Source: Candidatus Nanohaloarchaea archaeon (GTDB lineage Archaea > Nanohalarchaeota > Nanosalinia > Nanosalinales > Nanosalinaceae). From it: a stretch of 21,171 nt of DNA. Of this stretch, positions 1 to 7,010 are shown one piece after another. Both the position numbers and the translations under genes were made by a program. Location: the NCBI GenBank assembly GCA_042217585.1, contig JBDGSJ010000019.1:1-21171 (forward strand), written 5' to 3'. A model generated the notes under the pieces. It had not been told where the DNA came from. It searched no databases and was given only the letters and a program-made list of their open reading frames with translations. The first letter of the stretch is position 1; every line of letters starts with the position of its first letter.

Positions 1-1
1 T

Positions 2-147
2 CGCCCGCACAGGGATTTGAACCCTGGATCTGCACCTATCTGCTGAACCTTGCCCTCGGAAGCCATGCAAAGCATGGCTTATTGCGTGTGAACCGAGCGT
101 AACCAGTTCTCCGCAAGGTGCCGTCTTTCCAGCTAGACCATGCGGGC
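2..147 (-). tRNA. tRNA-Arg (anticodon GCG) with a 73-nt intron at the canonical 37/38 position (intron 38..110); CCA not encoded
   Basis: The reverse complement folds as a cloverleaf: acceptor GCCCGCA/TGCGGGC, D-stem GTCT/AGAC with A20 (Arg identity element), anticodon stem GCACC/GGTGC, loop TT-GCG-G^A, T-arm CAGGG-TTCAAAT-CCCTG, discriminator G. The splice junctions form a BHB-like motif (TTGC/GCAG helix, GG^A and AT^A bulges). Confidence 0.95.
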
Positions 148-229
148 TTTCATGACAGAGATGCGTACGGATTCTTAAATATCGGGCCGCCGGGGCTGGG
201 TTTTTATTTGTTGGTTCAAGGCTTGATGT

Positions 230-394
230 ATGGAAGTTGATGAATGCACGAGCTGCGGAAGGAACCTTGAGGCCGCGGAGACCTTTGTGGTCTTCGACTG
301 TCCTGAATGCGGTCGGGAGATCGGCAGGTGCGACAGGTGCAAGAAACTCTCTAACGAGTATGAATGCCCTGAATGCGGCTTCACAGGTCCATAG
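230..394 (+). CDS. Small Zn-ribbon protein, DUF1610 / HVO_2753-like (54 aa), not in ORF track
   Basis: Manual translation MEVDECTSCGRNLEAAETFVVFDCPECGREIGRCDRCKKLSNEYECPECGFTGP shows four CxxC pairs and a C-terminal CPECGFTGP. This family typically lies upstream of EF-1beta in archaea. TATA-like TTTTTATT at 201-208. Confidence 0.9.
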   Translation: MEVDECTSCGRNLEAAETFVVFDCPECGREIGRCDRCKKLSNEYECPECGFTGP

Positions 395-441
395 GTTTTT
401 AAAGGCAGGACTGTCTGTTGTTTGACAGGGTGAACCCTCAA

Positions 442-492
442 ATGGACCTGCTTGACAAGCTGAAGAAGAAGCTGGACGAACTAGGCCTGTAA
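442..492 (+). CDS. Putative 16-aa microprotein MDLLDKLKKKLDELGL (20 aa if GTG at 430 is used)
   Basis: SD-like GGGTGA at 428-433, TATA-like TTTTTAAA at 396-403, codon usage like neighbouring genes (CTG, GAC, AAG), and an amphipathic helix pattern. Confidence 0.45.
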   Translation: MDLLDKLKKKLDELGL

Positions 493-553
493 GTGGCGGC
501 CGACACTTTCTGTTTTTAAGTTTTTCTTACCAACCTGTTCTCAAGTGGTTTTG

Positions 554-808
554 ATGGGAAAGATGGCTGTTGTTCTGAAGATAATGCCGGAAGACTCTGA
601 AACAGATCTTGATGAAATCGAGGAGCAGGTCCGTGAAAGGATAAAGGTTGACGATGTAGAGCGTGAAGAGGTCGCGTTCGGCCTGGAGGCGCTTAAGGTC
701 TCGACGATAACTACGGATGAGGAAGGAGGTACGGACCACCTTGAGAACGAGCTCGATGACATGGAGCAGGTCCAGAGCATCGAGGTCGAGTCCTTCAACA
801 AGATCTAG
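554..808 (+). CDS. ef1b: Translation elongation factor 1-beta (aEF-1beta)
   Basis: MGKMAVVLKIMPED...EEVAFGLEALKV...DEEGGTDHLE motifs of archaeal EF1B. Start placed at ATG 554 rather than GTG 545. Confidence 0.95.
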   Translation: MGKMAVVLKIMPEDSETDLDEIEEQVRERIKVDDVEREEVAFGLEALKVSTITTDEEGGTDHLENELDDMEQVQSIEVESFNKI

Positions 809-936
809 CTGAAGGACATCCTTCCACCACATAACTTGCAGCCGTATTCCCGGCTGCAGCTTGAGCAGACCTGCGCGCCGCATACCTCGCAGGTCTCCGA
901 TGCCTTTCTTTCACCGCAGTTCTGGCACGGTCCCAT
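805..936 (-). CDS. Small Cys-rich double zinc-finger protein (43 aa, four CxxC)
   Basis: MGPCQNC-x8-CEVC-x4-CSSC-x5-CKLCGGRMSFS is the C-terminal part of track ORF 805..1107. The real start is likely ATG 936 because the upstream part overlaps fen. Confidence 0.8.
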   Translation of the reverse strand: MGPCQNCGERKASETCEVCGAQVCSSCSREYGCKLCGGRMSFS

Positions 937-973
937 GTAACTGTTTAAGTGTTCCACCGGTAAAACGTCTTCC

Positions 974-2005
974 ATGGGAGTCGACCTGGGCGACCTGGTG
1001 GAGAGGCAGGAGATAGGCTGGGAGGACCTGCACGACGAGGAGATCGCGATAGACGCGATGAACGTCATGTACCAGTTCCTCTCCATCATAAGGCAGAGGG
1101 ACGGCACGCCGCTGAAGGATTCTTCGGGCCAGGTAACCTCCCATCTTTCGGGGCTTTTCTACAGGAACATTAACCTGCTGGAGAACAATATACGGCCTGT
1201 CTACGTCCTTGACGGCGAGATGCCGGACCTCAAGCAGAAAGAGTCGTCGAAGAGGAGGAAGAAAAGGGAGGAGGCACGGAAGGAGTGGGAGGAGCTGAAG
1301 GAGGAGGGCAAGATATCCGAGGCGTTCTCCAAGGCGATGCAGAGCTCTAAGCTGACAGGCGACATGGTGGACGAGGCGGAGAAACTGCTGGAGGCCATGG
1401 GAGTTCCCGTGGTCCAGGCGCCCAGCGAGGGCGAGGCACAGGCCGCGCACATGACGCTCGAGGACCAGCCCGGCGACATATACGCGGTGGGGTCGCAGGA
1501 CTGGGACTGTCTGCTCTTCGGCGCAGAGCGGATGGTCAAGAACCTGACGCAGAGGAAGAAGAGGAGGACCTCTTCAGGCGGGCAGAAGCAGATATCGACC
1601 GAGCTGATCGAACTTGATGGGGTGCTGGACCAGCTCGGGGTCCGGCACGAGAAACTGGTCTGGATGGGTGTCCTGATGGGGACCGACTTCAACCCTGACG
1701 GGATACACGGGATAGGTCCCAAGACGGCGCTGAAGCTGGTCCGCGAGTACGACTCGTTTGATTCGCTGATGGAGGACGAGAAGGTGGAGTGGGAGTCGGA
1801 TAACGATCCGTACGCCATACTTGATTTCATACAGGACCCGCCGACCACTGATGCGGATTACAGTTTCGGGGGGCCGGACCGTGAAAGGATAAGGGAGATA
1901 CTGGTCGAGGAACACGACTTCTCGGGTGACAGGGTGGACTCGGGTCTTGAGGACCTCGAGTCGGCCCTGAGTTCACGCCAGTCCGGTCTTGACTCCTTCA
2001 CCTGA
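974..2005 (+). CDS. fen: Flap endonuclease 1
   Basis: MGVDLGDL, IAIDAMNVMYQFLSIIRQRDGTPL, APSEGEAQAA, SQDWDCLLFGA, GTDFNPDGIHGIGPKTALKLV (H3TH) and a C-terminal PCNA-interacting box QSGLDSF. Confidence 0.98.
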   Translation: MGVDLGDLVERQEIGWEDLHDEEIAIDAMNVMYQFLSIIRQRDGTPLKDSSGQVTSHLSGLFYRNINLLENNIRPVYVLDGEMPDLKQKESSKRRKKREEARKEWEELKEEGKISEAFSKAMQSSKLTGDMVDEAEKLLEAMGVPVVQAPSEGEAQAAHMTLEDQPGDIYAVGSQDWDCLLFGAERMVKNLTQRKKRRTSSGGQKQISTELIELDGVLDQLGVRHEKLVWMGVLMGTDFNPDGIHGIGPKTALKLVREYDSFDSLMEDEKVEWESDNDPYAILDFIQDPPTTDADYSFGGPDRERIREILVEEHDFSGDRVDSGLEDLESALSSRQSGLDSFT

Positions 2006-3563
2006 TCTTCTGGTCCCTGAACTCGCTGAGTATAAGGTTCGCAAGCTCGACCAGCTCGCTGTATCCCTCTCTGAGGTCATCTATCTCCTCTCTCTGCTCC
2101 TCGATTATCTCCTCGAGTTCCTCTATCCTTTCATCCTGTCCGCTTTCCTGAGCCTCTTCGACCTTCTCCTCGATCCGGTCGAACCTGTCGTCGTGGTAGT
2201 CCTTCATCTGGTCTATCCGGGCGTCGAGACGGGCTATGTCCTCCGAGTGGTCCGGTATATCCCTCTCCGCGAGCTTCTGGAGCGTCTCGTTCAGGGAGTC
2301 CATGAACTCCGGGTCGGAGTCCTCCAGTTCGTCGATCCTCTCCTCGATCTGCCTGGTCCTCTGCTTCAGGTCGGAGAACTCGTCCTGTGAAAGAAGTTTC
2401 AGGTCCGCGAGGTCGTCGAAATCTCCGAAAAGCCATTTGAAGTCGTTCACGACTCCCTGGAGGTCATCGACGTCCTCCTTCAGCTTTGAGACGTCTCTCT
2501 CCTCTTCCTTTTCCTTCAGGTCCTCTATATCGGACCTCAGGTTCTCCATGTCGATGGCCAGTTCCTCGAACTTGTCGCCGTCCAGCTTCTCCACGCGGCT
2601 TTCAAGCTCTTCAAGCCGGTCGCCCAGTTCTGAGCCATCCGTCTCCTCGATCTGGTCCTCTATCTCCTCGAGCCTTTCCCGGACCGCGTCTATCTCCTCA
2701 CCTATCTTCAGGCTGTCCTCGAGTTCCTCCACCCTTGCGTCAAGTTCCTCGAGCCGTCCCTCGAGTTCCTCCTCTTCTATCCCGAGGTTCAGTTCGGAGG
2801 ATTCGACCTCAGCTAGATCGTCCTCGAGGCGGTCCATCCTCTCCCGGAGTTCCTCGGCGTCTTCCACGGAGCCGATTGAGTCGATCCTCTCCTCCAGTTC
2901 GTCTATGTCCTCTTCAGTATCTGTCTTTATCTCGTTTATCAGGTCCGACTTCTCTGCCAGCCGGTCCTTCACCTCCTCCAGGTCGGAGCGGAGTTCGCCG
3001 TCGTCCTCGAGTTCCTCTATCCTTTCCCTTAGCTCGGAGAGCTGTTCCTCAAGCTCCTCACGGACCTCCGGCACCTCGTCCTCTATCCCAGCGATGTTCG
3101 CGATGTCGGTCCTGACGTCCTCGATTTCTTCCTCTATCTCTTCTGGTTCAAGCTCCATCAGTTCCTCGAGGTCCACTTCCTCCAGCTCCTCTATCTTCTC
3201 CTCGAGCTCGTCTATCCTTTCACGGAGTTCTCCGGCGTCGTATCCTTCATCGTCCTGTTCTGGCTCTTCAGGTCCTTCATCTCCGATTCCTTTTTCTTCA
3301 GTGTCCCTGTCTTCCCCGGCCGTCTCTTCATCCTCTTCGGCTACGGTCTCTTCCGCTTCCGGGTCTTCTTCCTCTTTCTCTTCCCCGGAGTCTTCTTCGC
3401 CCAGAAGGACCTGTTCTTCTCCGTTTTCCTCCTCTTCACTGTCATCTTCGATTATAGCGTCATCCTTTTCGTCTTTTCCTCCTTCGAAGAGCGGTTTCTG
3501 TCCTGAGGAACTGTTCTCCTCCTCTTCTGATTCTTCTTCGCCGAAGATGACGTTGTCAGACAT
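1998..3563 (-). CDS. Hypothetical, extremely acidic long coiled-coil protein (521 aa) with disordered acidic N-terminus
   Basis: Glu/Asp-rich with a heptad pattern and repeated ELRER(I/M)(D/E)xLE(E/D) motifs. No Walker motifs or TM helix visible. Codon usage fits the genome. Confidence 0.85.
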   Translation of the reverse strand: MSDNVIFGEEESEEEENSSSGQKPLFEGGKDEKDDAIIEDDSEEEENGEEQVLLGEEDSGEEKEEEDPEAEETVAEEDEETAGEDRDTEEKGIGDEGPEEPEQDDEGYDAGELRERIDELEEKIEELEEVDLEELMELEPEEIEEEIEDVRTDIANIAGIEDEVPEVREELEEQLSELRERIEELEDDGELRSDLEEVKDRLAEKSDLINEIKTDTEEDIDELEERIDSIGSVEDAEELRERMDRLEDDLAEVESSELNLGIEEEELEGRLEELDARVEELEDSLKIGEEIDAVRERLEEIEDQIEETDGSELGDRLEELESRVEKLDGDKFEELAIDMENLRSDIEDLKEKEEERDVSKLKEDVDDLQGVVNDFKWLFGDFDDLADLKLLSQDEFSDLKQRTRQIEERIDELEDSDPEFMDSLNETLQKLAERDIPDHSEDIARLDARIDQMKDYHDDRFDRIEEKVEEAQESGQDERIEELEEIIEEQREEIDDLREGYSELVELANLILSEFRDQKIR

Positions 3564-3597
3564 CGTTATCCCTTGGAGAAGAAACGGTCTTCAAAAA

Positions 3598-3625
3598 GTT
3601 ATAAGCCTTTTTCACCCGGGTGAAA
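3598..3625 (-). promoter_or_regulatory. TATA box (CTTATAAC) with purine-rich BRE, overlapped upstream by a perfect 16-bp palindrome TTTCACCCGGGTGAAA (3610-3625)
   Basis: Read directly from the intergenic sequence between the two coiled-coil genes, about 35 nt upstream of ATG 3563. Confidence 0.55.
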
Positions 3626-3636
3626 CAACATCGGGT

Positions 3637-4470
3637 TCAGTCCTTCATCTGCTTCTTCACGACCTCTGAGAGCTTGGCCACGTTGCCCATGAGCTCGGTG
3701 AAGTCCTGTTCGGCCTCGTGTATCCTTCTCTCCAGTTCCGCGACCTCGTTGTCGAACTCCTGTCTCAGATCCTCTATATCCTCTCTCGTTCCCTCCTCCT
3801 TCTCTTCCAGTCGTTCCTCCATCTCATGTATCTTCTCTGACTTCTTGTTCATCTCGTACTCCAGTTTCTCATCTATCAGCCGGTTGAAGTGCTCCATCAG
3901 GTCCATCATGTCCTCCTCTATCTCCGTGATCCGGTCCTCGAGCTCGGCAGGGTCCTTTATGGAATCGATCCGCGCCTCCACGTCTTCCACTTTCTCCGAC
4001 AGCGATCTCTCGTTCTCCTCCTCGCTGTAGACCTCGAGCTCCAGTTCCTCGACCCTCTGGACCAGTTCGTTGATCTGTCCGAGTTCCTCCGACTCGCTGG
4101 ACGCGAGGACGTCCTCAATCTTCTTCAGCTTCTCCATCACGGGTTCGTCCTCGTGGTCCTCGCTGTACATCTCGTACTCCAGGTTCTCAAGGCGGCCCTC
4201 AAGGTCCTCAAGCCTTCCGTGAACCTCTGACTCCGCCTCGACAAGTTCTTCGCCCAGGTCCTGTGCCTCGTGCTCCGATACTTTCTCCTCTACCTCCTCG
4301 AGTCTTTCAAGGACCGAGCCTCCCTCCTTTTCCTCGCTGTAGATCTCGTCCTCGATGTTCTGTAGTCGTTCCTCTATCCTCTCCATTTTTCCGGCGAGCT
4401 GGTCCTCTTCCTCGTCGCCCGCGTCTTCAAGGTTCTGCTCTATCTCGTCGATTTTATCGCTGATCGCCAT
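3637..4470 (-). CDS. Hypothetical acidic coiled-coil protein (277 aa) with three internal E-[IMV]-YSE repeats
   Basis: Heptad-rich acidic sequence with repeats EDEIYSEE, EYEMYSED and ELEVYSEE. Confidence 0.85.
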   Translation of the reverse strand: MAISDKIDEIEQNLEDAGDEEEDQLAGKMERIEERLQNIEDEIYSEEKEGGSVLERLEEVEEKVSEHEAQDLGEELVEAESEVHGRLEDLEGRLENLEYEMYSEDHEDEPVMEKLKKIEDVLASSESEELGQINELVQRVEELELEVYSEEENERSLSEKVEDVEARIDSIKDPAELEDRITEIEEDMMDLMEHFNRLIDEKLEYEMNKKSEKIHEMEERLEEKEEGTREDIEDLRQEFDNEVAELERRIHEAEQDFTELMGNVAKLSEVVKKQMKD

Positions 4471-4492
4471 ATCGATTATCAGATTTACCTGA

Positions 4493-4500
4493 TTAATAAA
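4493..4500. promoter_or_regulatory. Putative shared bidirectional TATA element (TTAATAAA / TTTATTAA)
   Basis: Lies about 23 nt from both divergent start codons (4470 minus, 4523 plus), consistent with leaderless transcripts. Confidence 0.5.
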
Positions 4501-4522
4501 CCTGCGGCATCAAACACAGGGT

Positions 4523-5968
4523 ATGAGACCTGTCGTCCTCGTCGTGATGGATGGAGTCGGACTGCGTGAGGAGAAAGACGGCAACGCATTCAAACAGGCC
4601 ACTACTCCCAACCTGGATTCACTGATGAACGAAGGGTTCGCCGAGATAAAGGCGGACGGTCCGGCCGTAGGACTGCCCGAAGGTTACACGGGCAACTCTG
4701 AGGTGGGGCATCTCCACCTCGGCGCGGGTCGAAGGATACCGCAGCGACTGACAAGGATAGACGACGCGATAGAGTCAGGCGAGCTACAGAAAAATGAGGC
4801 GCTGGTCGAGGCATACAGGTCCGCCGAAGAGAATAACTCCACGGTGCACCTCGCAGGCATAGTGAGCGACGGCGGGATACACGGACATATAGACCACCTG
4901 AAGGCCCTGATAGAGTACGCATCGGACTACAACGTCGATGTCAAGGTCCACGCCTTCACCGACGGAAGAGACGTCGATCCGAAGTCCGCGGAGAAGTTCC
5001 TCCAGGAACTCGAGGAGGTCTGCCTGAAGAACGGCGCCGAGATAGTATCCGTGATGGGGAGGTACTACTCGATGGACCGCGACCACAACTGGGAGAGGAC
5101 CGAGAAAGCCTACAGGGCGATGGCGCAGGGAGAGGGATACGAGTACAGCGAACCGGAGGAAGCGGTCCAGAAAGCATACGAGGACGGAGAATACGACTAC
5201 TTCATCCAGCCATCGGTCAAGGAGGGCTACGAGGGTATCGATGAGGCGGACGAACTTGTCTTCTACAACTTCAGGGCGGACAGGGAGAGACAGATCGCCG
5301 AGGCGTTCCTGAAGGAAGATTTCCAGGAGTTCGACAACCCCGTGAGGCCTTCGTTCACCTCCATGTTCCGCTACAGGAAGGACTTCGAGAACCCGGTCCT
5401 CTTCGAGAAGAACATCGTCGAGGACACCCTGGGAGAGAAGATAGAGGACGCAGGACTCTCACAGCTCCGCGTCACGGAGTCACAGAAGATACCTCACGTC
5501 ACCTACTTCTTCAACGGCCAGAGAGAGGTCCAGTTCGACCATGAGGACCGCGAATTCATAGAATCCGACAAGATAAAGGCCTACGACCAGGAACCCGAGA
5601 TGCACGCCGACGACACGACCGAGATCGTCCTCGAGGCCGTGGAGGAGGGAGAGAAGGACTTCATACTGCTGAACTACGCCAACGGCGACCTCGTCGGCCA
5701 CACAGGAGACATGGAAGCCGCGGTAGAGGCCATGGAGACCGTCGACAGGAACATCGGAAGGCTGGTCGAGAAAGTCCGGGACACGGACTACGTGCTGATG
5801 GTGACAGCGGACCACGGCAACTGCGAGGACATGGGAACCGGCGACTCGCCCAACACGTCACACACCACCAACAGGGTCCCGCTCATCGCCGCCAACACGG
5901 ACCGCGAGATCGAGGACGGCGAGATATGGGAGGTAACAGGAGTGATCGAGGAGTTGCTCGATGTCTAG
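4523..5968 (+). CDS. gpmI: 2,3-bisphosphoglycerate-independent phosphoglycerate mutase (bacterial GpmI type)
   Basis: VVLVVMDGVG, GNSEVGH (catalytic Ser), SDGGIHGH, DGRDV, GRYYSMDRD, NFRADR, HVTYFFNG, DLVGHTG, TADHGNCE and HTTNRVP motifs. Confidence 0.97.
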   Translation: MRPVVLVVMDGVGLREEKDGNAFKQATTPNLDSLMNEGFAEIKADGPAVGLPEGYTGNSEVGHLHLGAGRRIPQRLTRIDDAIESGELQKNEALVEAYRSAEENNSTVHLAGIVSDGGIHGHIDHLKALIEYASDYNVDVKVHAFTDGRDVDPKSAEKFLQELEEVCLKNGAEIVSVMGRYYSMDRDHNWERTEKAYRAMAQGEGYEYSEPEEAVQKAYEDGEYDYFIQPSVKEGYEGIDEADELVFYNFRADRERQIAEAFLKEDFQEFDNPVRPSFTSMFRYRKDFENPVLFEKNIVEDTLGEKIEDAGLSQLRVTESQKIPHVTYFFNGQREVQFDHEDREFIESDKIKAYDQEPEMHADDTTEIVLEAVEEGEKDFILLNYANGDLVGHTGDMEAAVEAMETVDRNIGRLVEKVRDTDYVLMVTADHGNCEDMGTGDSPNTSHTTNRVPLIAANTDREIEDGEIWEVTGVIEELLDV

Positions 5969-6237
5969 TTACACTGGTCTGCCAGTCCCCCATCGTAGTA
6001 CTTGTTACAGTTCAGGTCATTCCAACGGTCCTTCTGTGAATTGGTAGGTTGAGGGGTCTGCTCACCGCACTGGGTGGTCCTGAACTCCGTCACTACTATC
6101 TTGCACTGCGACTGGTTCGACTGCCGGTCCAGGAAATCCATGAAGCCGTAGGACTGGTTCTCCACCATCGACATGACCGCCAGCCCGGTGACCATTATCA
6201 CCGCGGCCGCGAGGACCAGCTCAAGGGTCTTGTCCAT
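5965..6237 (-). CDS. Pilin-like protein (90 aa) lacking a basic class III leader
   Basis: N-terminal hydrophobic helix MDKTLELVLAAAVIMVTGLAVMSMV and four Cys in the C-terminal part. Its ATG directly follows the stop of the upstream pilin. Confidence 0.7.
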   Translation of the reverse strand: MDKTLELVLAAAVIMVTGLAVMSMVENQSYGFMDFLDRQSNQSQCKIVVTEFRTTQCGEQTPQPTNSQKDRWNDLNCNKYYDGGLADQCN

Positions 6238-6573
6238 TTAACCACCGATTTTTCCACACAGAGCTTGGACCTGATCGCCTGCTTCAGCGGTATCTCCGGA
6301 ATTTAAACCTTTGAAGAGGTCTCCTATTCCGCCTCTCAGTCGTTCCTCGCCGCCGACCGTTCTGGTACAGGAGTTTGGAAGTTTTATCTGCATCTTATTG
6401 TTGTAGCCTCTGCACTTCCTTTCCAGCTGGGACTTGCATATCTGTTTCTGGGTGTCGGCACCTATCCCGAGGACGCCCTGGTTGAATGCGAAGATCACCG
6501 TGAGGGCGGCCATCATAAGGACCGATGCGGCGATTATGAGGTAGAGTATCTGTGAGAGGCCTTTTCTCTTCAT
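6238..6573 (-). CDS. Type IV pilin-like protein with class III signal peptide (111 aa); candidate major pilin
   Basis: MKRKG|LSQILYLIIAASVLMMAALTVIFAF, four Cys, and its own consensus TATA box. Confidence 0.85.
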   Translation of the reverse strand: MKRKGLSQILYLIIAASVLMMAALTVIFAFNQGVLGIGADTQKQICKSQLERKCRGYNNKMQIKLPNSCTRTVGGEERLRGGIGDLFKGLNSGDTAEAGDQVQALCGKIGG

Positions 6574-6595
6574 GAGTGAAGGTTTGGTTGCGCGG

Positions 6596-6603
6596 TATAA
6601 AAA
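6596..6603 (-). promoter_or_regulatory. TATA box TTTTTATA for the 111-aa pilin gene (leaderless)
   Basis: Consensus archaeal TATA box 23 nt upstream of ATG 6573. Confidence 0.65.
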
Positions 6604-6666
6604 GTTTGGAGGATTTGGGGTAGAAAAATGGGGAGTGGGCCTTGATGCCTTCCGGTGCGGAGGGTT

Positions 6667-6948
6667 TCAAGGCTGGGAGATGTCGATCTGGATGGATGAA
6701 ACGTTGAGATCGTCTCCTTCGTCGGTCTCTATCTGGTCTGTTCCGATCGAGATATCTTCTACCTCTGCTCCCTCGACGAACCTGTTCTTGATGAACTCCG
6801 CCACGTCTACTGCTGTCGAAATAGCCTGTCCTCGCGCCTTGACGTGGACCAGTTCGTTCCCTTCGTCGAACTGGGTTATCACGGCGAGGACATAGCTCAT
6901 GGCGGGTTTGTTCCCTATGTACACTGTGTTGTCGTCTTCTTCTGCCAC
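6667..6948 (-). CDS. albA: DNA/RNA-binding protein Alba
   Basis: NTVYIGNKPAMSYVLAV, VHVKARGQAISTAVDVAE, IGTDQI and NVSSIQI motifs. GTG start preceded by SD GAGGTGA, with TATA TTTAAATT at about 6985-6992. Confidence 0.96.
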   Translation of the reverse strand: MAEEDDNTVYIGNKPAMSYVLAVITQFDEGNELVHVKARGQAISTAVDVAEFIKNRFVEGAEVEDISIGTDQIETDEGDDLNVSSIQIDISQP

Positions 6949-7010
6949 TGAAAGTTCACCTCTATCCCGGTTTTATCTGTCCAAAATTTAAATTTCTACC
7001 GTCTCAGCCG

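Noticed and set aside
38..110. Box C/D guide RNA within the tRNA intron
   Set aside because: No RUGAUGA box C or properly placed CUGA box D on the transcribed strand.
1..147. tRNA as an integration site of a mobile element
   Set aside because: No integrase or duplicated tRNA 3' end is seen in the window, and the flanking genes are housekeeping. The region downstream of the tRNA lies outside the window.
237..425. 62-aa track ORF MMNARAAEG...
   Set aside because: Wrong frame; the overlapping 230..394 frame encodes a recognisable Zn-ribbon protein.
1998..3563. SMC/Rad50-like annotation for the long coiled coil
   Set aside because: No Walker A/B, signature motif, hinge or Zn-hook CxxC.
2236..3669. 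477-aa Ser-rich ORF on the + strand (and similar Ser-rich ORFs at 3620..4030, 1201..1848, 16078..16767, 13597..14139)
   Set aside because: Antisense shadows of Glu/Asp-rich genes: the reverse complement of GAG/GAA/GAC runs reads as Ser/Leu-rich frames with few stops.
4523..5968. Bacterial-type gpmI as a novel horizontal transfer
   Set aside because: Bacterial-type iPGM is already known in halophilic and some other archaea; its GC and acidic composition match the genome.
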